IMG/VR virus record: IMGVR_UViG_3300019487_000019
Span: 119,278-183,277 of that record
DNA length: 64,000 bases
Source: a virus
Reading direction: 5' to 3' (one strand)
Both the position numbers and the translations under genes were made by a program. The notes under the pieces were generated by a model that did not search any database, was not told the origin of the DNA, and saw nothing but the letters and a program-made list of their open reading frames with translations. Within the stretch, counting starts at the first letter, position 1, and each line of letters starts with the position of its first letter. Positions 39,975 through 49,531 of this stretch are shown here, in pieces.

Positions 39975-40408
39975 TACTTCTTAGGTGTTAGAGCAGCTAG
40001 TGCGGCTTGTTGTGCTTGTTGCGTTTCAGCATCCGCTGCAGCTTTTTTGCCTTCGTCAAATGTGATAGTACCTGTTGCTGGCATACCAACCTGACCTGAC
40101 TTAGGATCGAGCAGCTTGCCGCTTGGTGTTAGCACTTTAACATACTGGTGAAAATACGCAAGAGCGTTCATACCATTGCCGAGTGTTTTCTGAGCCATCA
40201 GATCCCAAAGCTCAAAGTTGCGAGCGTTGCGATCCCGTAGCAGCTGTCCAAGACGTGTACGATCGATTGCGTCAAGGTGGTTTGTTGGAAACATCAGTTT
40301 GTTGCCCTGAGCGTCGGTTCGAAGAACGGCACACTCATGGAGAACGCCATCAGAGTTTAGCTCAATCCACTCCATGTGTGGATGTGTCGGTGATTTAACT
40401 ACTTTCAT
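39974..40408 (-). CDS. hypothetical late protein
   Basis: AAGGAG RBS; TAAATA at 40441. Confidence 0.75.
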   Translation of the reverse strand: MKVVKSPTHPHMEWIELNSDGVLHECAVLRTDAQGNKLMFPTNHLDAIDRTRLGQLLRDRNARNFELWDLMAQKTLGNGMNALAYFHQYVKVLTPSGKLLDPKSGQVGMPATGTITFDEGKKAAADAETQQAQQAALAALTPKK

Positions 40409-40483
40409 GGTAATCTCCTTTGTTAGTTTACCCTTACGGATATTTACAGCAGAAATTACAGGTCATCCCAATCGAAAACAGGG

Positions 40484-40768
40484 TTAGTTTATAAAGACGT
40501 CGGGGGAACCGGCCGTGAAAGCACCATCATGACAGCTAGGAGGACAACAGTGAACGCTGTGAAGGTCGCCTACGCGTGCAAGAGGGAGATTATTGGCAAA
40601 GACATTCGGGGAAGCCGTGACAACAACGGCGGGCGGAAAGCACCCATGCCCGGTTGTTAAGTCGGTAAGACGAGCGTGTGGAATACTATTTGCAAAAACG
40701 TTTGGGCTTCCCGTGGCTTGTGTATCGCCGTCGCTATAAGGGTCGCCAATTCGGGTTGCTGCTGGCAC
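40484..40768 (-). CDS. PAAR spike-tip protein (gp5.4-like)
   Basis: MPAATRIGD, GSPNVFAN.IPHAR, HGCFPP, LARVGD, GSPDVFIN. Confidence 0.93.
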   Translation of the reverse strand: MPAATRIGDPYSDGDTQATGSPNVFANSIPHARLTDLTTGHGCFPPAVVVTASPNVFANNLPLARVGDLHSVHCCPPSCHDGAFTAGSPDVFIN

Positions 40769-40812
40769 GATAAATCTCCTGTTTTGAATAAGTATTTACA
40801 GGAGCGTTCGAT

Positions 40813-41289
40813 ATGTTCGAGAGCATTTTACACGGTATTATAGCGTTTTTCGCTGCCATCCCATTTTCCAAAGCGACCTGGCTCGTACTTGGTATTCTTG
40901 GCTTCTTTGTGTGGCTATTTCGCAAGGCTCAAAGAGACCCCGCAAGCCCAATCGATTGGGAAGATCTGATTGTCGACGACATAACAGGGAAGACATCTCC
41001 CTACAAAGTCGGCTATCTTTTAGGACTGATCGTCGGCACCTGGGTAGTAATCACTTACGCTGACAGTGGCAAGCTGGACTTTGATATTTTTGGTGTGTAC
41101 CTTTCGTACCTGCTTGGTGGTGCTGGCTGGACTGCCTTTATGAAAATGAAAGCAGCCAACGGCAACAACGGTAATGGAGGTGGTTATCGTCCTGGTGGTT
41201 ACGGCGGCGGTTATCGACGACCACCACCAAAACTAGACGATGATGACGAAGAATTAGATGACGCATTGCCGCCACACGAGAAAAAATAA
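40813..41289 (+). CDS. membrane protein, holin-like candidate
   Basis: Three to four hydrophobic segments, DLIVDDITGKTS, charged C-terminal tail. Confidence 0.5.
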   Translation: MFESILHGIIAFFAAIPFSKATWLVLGILGFFVWLFRKAQRDPASPIDWEDLIVDDITGKTSPYKVGYLLGLIVGTWVVITYADSGKLDFDIFGVYLSYLLGGAGWTAFMKMKAANGNNGNGGGYRPGGYGGGYRRPPPKLDDDDEELDDALPPHEKK

Positions 41290-41361
41290 TGGCGGGGTGT
41301 CTTACTTGCGGGCGTCGGTCCAAAGCAACTCAACGTCGATCATTACCAATGAGACGAGCCT

Positions 41362-41838
41362 CTACGCCCATTGGTAATCGTTTGTCGCGGCGCGGAACTC
41401 TTCTGAAACGAAAACGTTAGGGAGTAAAGCACGCACGTCTCGATCGCGGATGCTGACGAATGTAGCATAATGTACGGGATTACCTGTGCTCTTTTCGATA
41501 AAATGCCCCGCTCTGTACGGATTATAACTGATCGGAATTCCAAAGTCGTGAACCGCGTCCCATGACTTTGCAATATTACTGGCAGTATATCCCGCTAACA
41601 AAGTTTTTTCGTCGACGAGGCGCGTCACGTATCCTCGAACGTCGAGAACCTCACCAACGATTCCGGCATGAACGTTTTTTCGTTTGTGGGCTAGAATACG
41701 TTGGCGACCAGCTTCACTGACGCGAAAGTCAGGAGCGGCGATGAGTATGGATGTGGCGTAGCCAACAACCAATCCTTTGTTCCGGAGCGAATACGTCCAG
41801 CCTTTTCGGTTAAGATTACGGTAGATAAACGGTCTCAT
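41362..41838 (-). CDS. conserved phage hypothetical protein
   Basis: MRPFIYRNLN...FRVSEAGRQRILAHKRKNVHAG...YNPY; ATGA coupling. Confidence 0.7.
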   Translation of the reverse strand: MRPFIYRNLNRKGWTYSLRNKGLVVGYATSILIAAPDFRVSEAGRQRILAHKRKNVHAGIVGEVLDVRGYVTRLVDEKTLLAGYTASNIAKSWDAVHDFGIPISYNPYRAGHFIEKSTGNPVHYATFVSIRDRDVRALLPNVFVSEEFRAATNDYQWA

Positions 41839-42023
41839 TGATTGGGCTCGTGAACAGCATCGACCCATCCACGGCCAGTATACATGAACATCTGTCCGAG
41901 GCCGGTGTGGAAGAACGTTGAGCCAATTGGTATGTCTAGCCACACACGAACACCATTCGATAGGTCGCGAAATTGTTTTGGGACTTCTTCACCCGTAATG
42001 TGATGTGCACTAAAGTTGAACAT
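41835..42023 (-). CDS. hypothetical 62-aa protein
   Basis: MFNFSAHH...QMFMYTGRGW; fills the gap between coupled genes. Confidence 0.5.
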   Translation of the reverse strand: MFNFSAHHITGEEVPKQFRDLSNGVRVWLDIPIGSTFFHTGLGQMFMYTGRGWVDAVHEPNQ

Positions 42024-42162
42024 TGGGAATGTACGGACAATAGAAATAGCCAGTGTCGTGGGCTCCGCCAAGCATGAAGACAAGAACACCGTTTTCCAAC
42101 CACACAAAGTCTCCGGTGCCTTTGTAGCCAACGAGAATATTCTCTTCTTTGTTTGTTGTCAT
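42010..42162 (-). CDS. 50-aa mini-protein with a major capsid (gp23) C-terminal motif
   Basis: Below the ORF-track cutoff; ATGA-coupled to the RNase H stop; MTTNKEENILVGYKGTGDFVWLENGVLVFMLGGAHDTGYFYCPYIPNVQL. Confidence 0.7.
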   Translation of the reverse strand: MTTNKEENILVGYKGTGDFVWLENGVLVFMLGGAHDTGYFYCPYIPNVQL

Positions 42163-43070
42163 TTGCTTAGTAGGGGAACAAATTGATCAATTTGCTTTGC
42201 AATATTGTCCAACTTGTATTTACCCAAGAACTTCAACAGATGGAAATGTGAATACTTTCGCTCCAATGCCTCTGCTTCCACAACAGTCTTTTCGATTTTG
42301 ACGCGAATTGGGTCGGGTTGCTGGGCCAAGTCCATAAGGAGAATGTTCTCTTCGTACAGATCTTCAACCATGAATTCAGTCTTGGTTTTGGGGTCAGTCC
42401 ACAATTCCTTCATCATTTGAACCCGTTCAAATGGATCTGTGTAGGCTTTCTCGATTCGTTTTGCACCAACACGTGGAAGTGCAGATTGAATGTTGTCAGT
42501 CTGATGATCGCCACGAACACAATTAAAGAATACGAAGTAATCAGCATCGTTGTTGTATTCTGCCAACGTAAGCGGCTTGTCTGTTGCGGGGGAAATGATT
42601 GTTAGCTGTGGGTGGCGCAAAAGCTGCAAGAAATCCTGGTCGCTACTGATCAGTACGATTTGATCTTGTGGATGCAGTTGTACAAAACCAGCGATCACGT
42701 CGTCTGCTTCGAGTAAATCTGCTGCAAGCGTAATGATTGTTGAGTAGTTTGTAATCAATGTCTCAAAGTCTTTAAGATGTCCACAGAAGCGTTCGTACTT
42801 TGCTTGTTGACCCGGCGACATATCTTTGCGGCGATTGCCTTTGTATGGTCGCTTTGAGATGCAGAGATCGCTAGCTGTATAACTCTTACGCCAGCTTGAC
42901 CGATCAAACGCCATAACGACTCGATCAGGCTTATGCTGTCGAAAGTATTTGTTCAGCGTCATCAGTGCAGAGTGCATTGCGAGGCCTGCGATCGTATCAT
43001 CACTCTCGTCCTTGTGAGCAAAGAACGTGCGGTACAGCATATTGGAGATATCAAAAACTAGATATTTCAT
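42159..43070 (-). CDS. rnh: RNase H / 5'-3' flap exonuclease (T4 Rnh-like)
   Basis: VFDISN, AFD..SWRK, YKGNR, EADDVIA, ISSDQDFLQL, RGD..DNI. Confidence 0.92.
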   Translation of the reverse strand: MKYLVFDISNMLYRTFFAHKDESDDTIAGLAMHSALMTLNKYFRQHKPDRVVMAFDRSSWRKSYTASDLCISKRPYKGNRRKDMSPGQQAKYERFCGHLKDFETLITNYSTIITLAADLLEADDVIAGFVQLHPQDQIVLISSDQDFLQLLRHPQLTIISPATDKPLTLAEYNNDADYFVFFNCVRGDHQTDNIQSALPRVGAKRIEKAYTDPFERVQMMKELWTDPKTKTEFMVEDLYEENILLMDLAQQPDPIRVKIEKTVVEAEALERKYSHFHLLKFLGKYKLDNIAKQIDQFVPLLSK

Positions 43071-43519
43071 TCGAAATCCGCAATCTTGCCCTTTTGAGAT
43101 GCGTGTTCAACGACATTCTCCTCGAGTTTTTCCAGAAGGTCTTCGTATAGAAATGCGACATACTTCCGAACGATGTCTTCGTCGTTGGCACCTTTCAGTC
43201 CATTGTCCTTCAAGTATTGGATGAAGGCCTCATTCCAGTCTAGGCCGATTGCGATTCCTTTGACTTCATCAAATCCTTCGCTCGTAATCTTAATCCAGGG
43301 ATCGGTTGCATCGTACTTGGCTTGTTCTTCGATTTCTTTCTTTTCAAATCCTTCAACCTTTGTACGGAGTTGTGCGTTGTCGTGTCGAAGGATTGCATTT
43401 GCCTCTTCCATTCTAATTAGACGATTGGCAAGCTCATCAAAACGAGTATTGAGACGCTCTTCAAGAGTAGGTCCTTCCGGTGGTCGTTGTGTTGCTTGTA
43501 AAAAACTAAACATTCCCAT
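43067..43519 (-). CDS. conserved phage hypothetical protein
   Basis: Coiled coil followed by PW...LDWNEAFIQYLKDNG..G.NDEDIV. Confidence 0.7.
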   Translation of the reverse strand: MGMFSFLQATQRPPEGPTLEERLNTRFDELANRLIRMEEANAILRHDNAQLRTKVEGFEKKEIEEQAKYDATDPWIKITSEGFDEVKGIAIGLDWNEAFIQYLKDNGLKGANDEDIVRKYVAFLYEDLLEKLEENVVEHASQKGKIADFE

Positions 43520-43521
43520 TG

Positions 43522-44232
43522 TTATGTCCTCGGTGGTATGTACAAATCCAGCTTGTTTACAACGACTTTAATCATGCCTTTTGATGTTAAGAAGAAGTCG
43601 CCGTCAGGGCACTGTTTGAATAGTGTCAACAGGTGTTTGACAGGATATCTATGGGCAAACTTCGACGGCATTCCAGTCGCACCCTCGAGTGTGTAGGAAC
43701 TGGCGAATGTGTGGACGAATGTATCTTTGTTAATGTCTTCCATTTTAAACGACACCCCATCAACTGGGTCACCCACAAACTCGATCTCATCCGCTTTCAT
43801 TGCGGAAGCACCCTTGGACATTAGGAGAACAGCTTCGGGTGTCAGTGTGATACGATATTTCACAGTGTCATTCAGTGTTTTAGGAGCTGCAATCGTAGCA
43901 GGATTTGCACAACGATAATCAATCTTTACACCCTTACCTTTCATCGTTAATGCTCGTGCAAATTCTTTTGCGTCGTCCAGAGTCGCTTCAATTTCAACAT
44001 TGTCGCAACTCTTTGCGATCTGGTAGCGCGACATGAAAATGTCGATTCGATTGAGACCAATCGAGCGAAAGGGAAGAACTGGAACGTCGTGGTCTTGGAA
44101 GATTACAACGAGGCGATCATCGTCAACTGCTCGAATTTTGTCCGGTTCGATGATGACGCTATCGATATGAACGAGAAGGGCCGTCTCAACAACGTTTTGA
44201 ATATATGCGAGGGTAAATGGGTCGAGTTTCAT
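43522..44232 (-). CDS. probable sliding clamp (gp45-like)
   Basis: 236 aa, alternating beta/alpha pattern, in the polymerase operon; motif support is weak. Confidence 0.5.
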   Translation of the reverse strand: MKLDPFTLAYIQNVVETALLVHIDSVIIEPDKIRAVDDDRLVVIFQDHDVPVLPFRSIGLNRIDIFMSRYQIAKSCDNVEIEATLDDAKEFARALTMKGKGVKIDYRCANPATIAAPKTLNDTVKYRITLTPEAVLLMSKGASAMKADEIEFVGDPVDGVSFKMEDINKDTFVHTFASSYTLEGATGMPSKFAHRYPVKHLLTLFKQCPDGDFFLTSKGMIKVVVNKLDLYIPPRT

Positions 44233-44246
44233 TTGTTATCCTTGTT

Positions 44247-44687
44247 CTACTCACCATTTTCCTCCTTTTCGCTGTCTGCGTCAAGAAGTGCAACAAGATC
44301 GTCAACAGACGTTGGTGTAGTGCGCGGTGAGCCATCCTTCTCCAGCTCGAAGACTTCTGCTTCGCCTGAAAGATTCAACCATACAGCAACAATGTGTCGA
44401 TGGCAAAACTTTCCTGGACCTTCATAACATAGCAGGATCGAACCCTCGGGAAGAGCATCAACGACAGCGCCCGGGGTTAGATGACGTTGTTTTAATTCTT
44501 TCCCGTAACGGCGAGTGTATTCCTGCGCATTGATTGTGCCACCTTTGATATCACGAAGTAACTCCCACGACGGAGCCAAAGAACGCATTCGTTTTCCCTT
44601 ATAGAAGAACGGTTCTTTTGCACTAATTGATACAGCTTCTGGTCGTTTCCCTGAACGGGAATAGTATGACGTGTATAGGCGCTTCAT
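44247..44687 (-). CDS. DUF488-family protein
   Basis: LYTSYY, LAPSWELL, LLCYEGPGKFCHRHIVA; ATGA coupling at 44687. Confidence 0.8.
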   Translation of the reverse strand: MKRLYTSYYSRSGKRPEAVSISAKEPFFYKGKRMRSLAPSWELLRDIKGGTINAQEYTRRYGKELKQRHLTPGAVVDALPEGSILLCYEGPGKFCHRHIVAVWLNLSGEAEVFELEKDGSPRTTPTSVDDLVALLDADSEKEENGE

Positions 44688-45610
44688 TTGCGTTTCTTGA
44701 TCGGTTTCTTCGGCGGTGCCGGTTTCTTTGGCGCTTCTCCCGTCTCCACCCAATGCTTGATGTTTGACGCATCAGCAGCCCGAGCTTCATTACTAATGGC
44801 ATTGAGCAACACGACGATAACCTTTTTCACGCCCATTGAAGTCATCATTACAACACAACGGCCGGCATCCTTGATGTAGCCAGTTTTCTGAACTTCGATA
44901 GTCCAATCAGGCTTTCGAACAAGGCCGTTCGTGGTACCAAAGCCAACCTTTTTGGCTCGCTTTTTACTATACGTTGTCATCTCAAATTGAGTCGATGTAC
45001 TGAAGTCCTTAACGAGAACGTAATCACTTGAATGTCGAACGAGAATGGCAAGGTCTGTGGCGGTTGAGACGTTGTCATTACGCAATCCAATCGAATCGAC
45101 GTACTTTGTACTGTACATTCCAATCATTTGTGCTTTGTGGTTCATCGCACCCACAAAAACATCAACCCCACCTGGATAAGTGCGTGCAAGAGCAGCGGCA
45201 GCGCGATTTTGGGAATTCATTAACGCCAGATGGAGTAGCTCCGCTCGAGTGAGCTTTGCACCAACTGGTAATGAACGGCTCGTTCCACTATCCGCTCGTG
45301 TTGCCTCAACATCCTCTTGTGTAATTACGATTTCTTCCTCGAGATCAAGACGAGCATCGAGAATAACAACAGCTGTCATTAGTTTTGTAATCGAGGCGAT
45401 CGAACGGATGTCTTCTGCGTTTTTCTCGATGATTTTTTCACCTGTCTCAGCATCGATGACAAGTACAGATTGAGCATTTAGAGGGAACGGCGGTTGTTCG
45501 TCGGCCTTTGCCTTACCAGCAACAAGCCAAAGAAGCCCTGCCATTGCCGCAGCCAAGAGAACAAATTTGCCAATGGACCAAGCGCAATAAACAATTCGCG
45601 GATACATCAT
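44684..45610 (-). CDS. pbpG: D-alanyl-D-alanine endopeptidase PBP7-like (peptidase S11)
   Basis: N-terminal signal/TM segment; IASITKLMTA (SxxK), SQN (SxN), KTGY (KTG), YPGG, AMNHKA. Confidence 0.88.
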   Translation of the reverse strand: MMYPRIVYCAWSIGKFVLLAAAMAGLLWLVAGKAKADEQPPFPLNAQSVLVIDAETGEKIIEKNAEDIRSIASITKLMTAVVILDARLDLEEEIVITQEDVEATRADSGTSRSLPVGAKLTRAELLHLALMNSQNRAAAALARTYPGGVDVFVGAMNHKAQMIGMYSTKYVDSIGLRNDNVSTATDLAILVRHSSDYVLVKDFSTSTQFEMTTYSKKRAKKVGFGTTNGLVRKPDWTIEVQKTGYIKDAGRCVVMMTSMGVKKVIVVLLNAISNEARAADASNIKHWVETGEAPKKPAPPKKPIKKRK

Positions 45611-45615
45611 TCCTC

Positions 45616-48600
45616 CTAGCCAAAAAGATCATCAAACAACAAATCTTGTTTCGTTGGTGTTCGCTTTCCTATTGCTTTCAAAATGTTTTGGAGTGGATTG
45701 TCAACTAATCGTTCAATGTGAGCATCGTAGTCAATGTCAAAATTTTCTAGGAACCACGGTGGCACAACTTCAATGTCGGTTGGAAGAGCAATACTTTTGA
45801 ATTTCGAACCGCCGAGTTGATGAAGTGCATCGAGGTAAAAGACCTTGATTTTCATGTCATTTGTGATTGGTGGACTGATCTTATCTCCGTACTCCTTCAA
45901 ACATTGATTGTAATGAATTGCTGCTGCCACGTGGCCGGGCAGACGCGTATCTTCACCGAATTGTCGATATTGCCTCTCATAATCTTCAATACCATGAATT
46001 CCCTTGGGAAGTCCAATTTGCATCACATCCTTTACAGCGCGCAGCTCATCTTTGTAATTGACAACCTCTCTAGCCACAGTTTCCCACGAGCTACCCTTCA
46101 GATATCCCGCAACAAACGCATTAAGTCGATCAGCGATAGGACGTGGCAATGTGGTCTTTTTTGTGTCAAGACCCATGACCTTCATACTATCTGACGGTTT
46201 ACCCTCCTTGTCAACAACATGCAATACATAGCGTTTCTTATCAACTAAAATCCCACGGTCCGATATGATCTCTCTACCGACTTTAATCACCTCATCGAAG
46301 CCTTCATTACACAAAAAAGTCTGTTGTAAGAATGCTTTATATGACTCGTTGACCTTTTTCGCAACTGCATCTGCAACTTTGACAGCGTCTTGGACGTTTG
46401 TACAATGTGTTCGGAAATATGTGCTATCAGTGTTGTGAACAAGTATTTCATTCGCATAAAACAGATGAGTATCATTAACTTCAATATCATAGACGTATTG
46501 TTCTCTTGGGGGCAGAGCTTGAACTTTTAAACATTTAGCAAATGAAAGATTGTATCGTGTTTCTGCTTGTTTTTTCCGTCCCTCATTCCACTTCTTTGTT
46601 TTTCGTGGTTGTATAAATCCTACCAAAGAGTAAAAGTCTTTTTGATTTCTAATTGTAAGTCTTGTTGAAAATGTTCCCGTTGGTTGCCCGTTATAGGAAT
46701 TGGGTGTGTTTTCTGTAAACCACGTTGATGATATCCCACACAACAGCAATAATCTATGAATGTCTTTAATGTGTTGCTCGTTGACACTTGCAAGGCCAAC
46801 AACCTTTTGATTATTTGACCAACCATCAGCAGAAAACCAACCACGCAAAAAGGCACAAATATTTTCAGTGGTGTCAGTAAATAACCAACGTGGAATAATC
46901 TTTTGGTTTTCTTCGTAGAGATGTTTTCGCAGCGTTTTGCGAAGCTTTACAGAAGAAATTTGAATATCGTGACCGTTTGGCTTAACATACCACGATGAAA
47001 TCCAACCATCTTCCTTTAGAGGTTGTAAAAGATTCGAACAAACGACATTTAAATCCTGTCTTCCAACTGAAAGTAATGTTCCGCCCGTTTTAGTTTTATC
47101 TACATAACCATCGCCCATAACATAGCCCATTAATGTATAAAGATGTTTTGAATAATCGGTTTGACAAGTTCCTTTAAAGGGAATGTAGGGAAGAGTTAGT
47201 AATGATGAACAAATGTTAGTTGGTTTTGTTTCTTGCAAAAAATCTCCTGACGTTTTTCTCTGTTGGGTGTTTTTGTATGTTATTAAAGAGTGGTCTTCAG
47301 TCAAGTCCACATATTGACGATTTGTAATCCACACGCGATATAATTGTTTGGTTGTTTTATGACGCATCACGTATTTAATTGGTCTAAAACACGTTTGTTT
47401 TGTTTCTTTATCGTAAGTAAGCGCTTGTTGGTCTTGTAAGAAACAATATTCTTTCTTGTCAATTTGTTTATTGGTTGCTGTAAATAAACTTTCAATCGTT
47501 CTTGGACCTTTAACTGTCTCTATCAAAGTATCACCAGCAACACTGTCGCCATATAGAACCGATTCTGCCATAAAGCGACCGTTGAACACTGGTCCACCTA
47601 ATGCAGCCGCATCAGCGACACCAGCTTCACTAGCACTTTTCGGTGTATCATATTGAGGAAACTCAACATTATAATTGCCGTCAAGAATTTCAGCAACTTT
47701 TCGACATTGGTGTCGTAGAATCATGCGGCCAGTCCCAGTTGTACTCTCTCCCATCCGAAGATCGTAGAAGCGGAAATACAAATTGGTGAGCGCCCCGTAC
47801 AGTGAGTTCAATTTGATCTTGAACACATACTGGAGACGATCATAATAGTCAGCCTTATCGTGATCATCTGCAGCTTCAGCTTCCTTCTTCATCGCTTGAT
47901 ATTTCCGTCGCATCGCATACCATTCGGCAAGAATTGTCGGAATGATTCCTTGTTCGTTTTGATCAAATACCGTACCAAATCCACTGACGGCCCACTTTCG
48001 TTTCTTCAACCAGTCTCGAAATTCATCACCGGACATTACTACGACCTCTCCCGTTTCGAGTGTTAAATGAAGCTGAGCAAAAGTCCCCTTGGCAATTGCT
48101 TCGGTTGCTTTTTCCTCTTCACGAAACTGACCACGAAGTGTTTCCGGGGAGATATTGATAGCTCGAATAGCACTTGGATACAGAGAGTTGATATCGATGG
48201 AAGCAATGAATTCATGCAGTCCAACTTGTGGATATAGTACAAGCGCTCCTGCAATTTGTTGATCAACGGCTGGTGGCTTTGCATTTTGTACAACACGTTT
48301 CAACACGTGATGACAATAGTTAATGATAGCAAACTCTGCTAGTTTCAAAGTGCCCGTGACGTGCTCGAATAATCCGGTTGAAATGTGATACATTTGATTT
48401 GCAAGCTCGATGTAGCCAAGCTTTTGTTCGAAACCGTGCAGAATTTCAACATCTCGAATGTTGTATCGTGTGAAGAACCCGTAGTTCTTCCGATACAAAT
48501 CATGTAATGAGCCTTGATATTCCAACTTTGGAAGTCCCAGACCAACCTCTTGTTCGATTGATGCTAGTTTGTATGATGGTTTATCAGCTACTTCGTATTT

Positions 48601-49413
48601 TTTGTATAGTAATTGATAGTCAACACGGATTCGACCTTCAAGATCGATCGTATCACCAAGTTTCTTTCGTTCTCCTGTTTGCACATCAACAATAGCTTTG
48701 GAGAACACTTCGCGCCAGGTTGGCTTGCAACCCCGAAAATCGAGTTTTGAAAGCGGAATCTTGTAGCGCTCCATGCGCTTTGCGATGTATGGCATATCGA
48801 ACAAATCACTGTACCAACCAGAAAGAACGTCAGCATCACTAATCTCATCAATCATCTTGTTGAGAAGTTCGAGTTCATTTTCACAGACGTGTAGTCGAAG
48901 TTTATATGTTGTTGGAATAGGTACGTCCTTGCCGATTTCTTCAAGTAGTCGTTCGGTTGTCCATCCTGCTTCTGGTGGAACGGTGTAGACAACCAATTCA
49001 TTGCTCCATTCGTGAAACATAGCAATTGAACTAATGGGAGCATAGGGATTTTGAACGCCTGCGAAGCCCAGTTCGGGGTTATAATCAACCTCAATGTCTA
49101 GAAACGTGATATGAAGCTTTGGTGCTGGTTTGGCATAGTATGCCATTGAAAGAACGCGTTGTTCTGATGCGATGTCACTTTCGTACAAAGTGTGTCCATT
49201 GCGTTCGTATTCTTGACGTTTGTTGTAAAAATCGCTTTTGCTAATGCATTCAACTCTGGAAACTCGATCTCCATAAATCGTTCGATACTTGCCATTGACG
49301 TTATCAATGTAGAAATAGTGCGGTGCCGGGTAAACGACTTCTGTTCGGCCATTCTCGTCTCGCTCCCAAACGATGACGTCCTCGTTTTTCGTGATTGCAG
49401 AAATATAACTCAT
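45616..49413 (-). CDS. gp43: family B DNA polymerase (gp43) with intein
   Basis: LDIEVD, YNIRDV, DINSLYPS, KIKLNSLYG, YGD|TDS, KKRY. Confidence 0.97.
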   Translation of the reverse strand: MSYISAITKNEDVIVWERDENGRTEVVYPAPHYFYIDNVNGKYRTIYGDRVSRVECISKSDFYNKRQEYERNGHTLYESDIASEQRVLSMAYYAKPAPKLHITFLDIEVDYNPELGFAGVQNPYAPISSIAMFHEWSNELVVYTVPPEAGWTTERLLEEIGKDVPIPTTYKLRLHVCENELELLNKMIDEISDADVLSGWYSDLFDMPYIAKRMERYKIPLSKLDFRGCKPTWREVFSKAIVDVQTGERKKLGDTIDLEGRIRVDYQLLYKKYEVADKPSYKLASIEQEVGLGLPKLEYQGSLHDLYRKNYGFFTRYNIRDVEILHGFEQKLGYIELANQMYHISTGLFEHVTGTLKLAEFAIINYCHHVLKRVVQNAKPPAVDQQIAGALVLYPQVGLHEFIASIDINSLYPSAIRAINISPETLRGQFREEEKATEAIAKGTFAQLHLTLETGEVVVMSGDEFRDWLKKRKWAVSGFGTVFDQNEQGIIPTILAEWYAMRRKYQAMKKEAEAADDHDKADYYDRLQYVFKIKLNSLYGALTNLYFRFYDLRMGESTTGTGRMILRHQCRKVAEILDGNYNVEFPQYDTPKSASEAGVADAAALGGPVFNGRFMAESVLYGDSVAGDTLIETVKGPRTIESLFTATNKQIDKKEYCFLQDQQALTYDKETKQTCFRPIKYVMRHKTTKQLYRVWITNRQYVDLTEDHSLITYKNTQQRKTSGDFLQETKPTNICSSLLTLPYIPFKGTCQTDYSKHLYTLMGYVMGDGYVDKTKTGGTLLSVGRQDLNVVCSNLLQPLKEDGWISSWYVKPNGHDIQISSVKLRKTLRKHLYEENQKIIPRWLFTDTTENICAFLRGWFSADGWSNNQKVVGLASVNEQHIKDIHRLLLLCGISSTWFTENTPNSYNGQPTGTFSTRLTIRNQKDFYSLVGFIQPRKTKKWNEGRKKQAETRYNLSFAKCLKVQALPPREQYVYDIEVNDTHLFYANEILVHNTDSTYFRTHCTNVQDAVKVADAVAKKVNESYKAFLQQTFLCNEGFDEVIKVGREIISDRGILVDKKRYVLHVVDKEGKPSDSMKVMGLDTKKTTLPRPIADRLNAFVAGYLKGSSWETVAREVVNYKDELRAVKDVMQIGLPKGIHGIEDYERQYRQFGEDTRLPGHVAAAIHYNQCLKEYGDKISPPITNDMKIKVFYLDALHQLGGSKFKSIALPTDIEVVPPWFLENFDIDYDAHIERLVDNPLQNILKAIGKRTPTKQDLLFDDLFG
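46432..47544 (-). mobile_element. 371-aa LAGLIDADG intein in polymerase motif C
   Basis: YGD|SVAGDT...LTEDHS...GYVMGDG...FLRGWFSADG...VYDIEV...FYANEILVHN|TDS. Confidence 0.96.
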
Positions 49414-49435
49414 TCATTCTTCTCCTAGATACAAG

Positions 49436-49464
49436 ATTTTACGCCGGCCCACCAGAAACGACAA
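49436..49464 (-). promoter_or_regulatory. sigma70-like promoter for the polymerase operon
   Basis: TTGTCG-N17-TAAAAT. Confidence 0.65.
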
Positions 49465-49531
49465 CGTTTACCCAGCATCTTCAATAAATACCCTTACGCA
49501 TTTTACTCGGCGGTTTTCAAGGAGAAAAATT

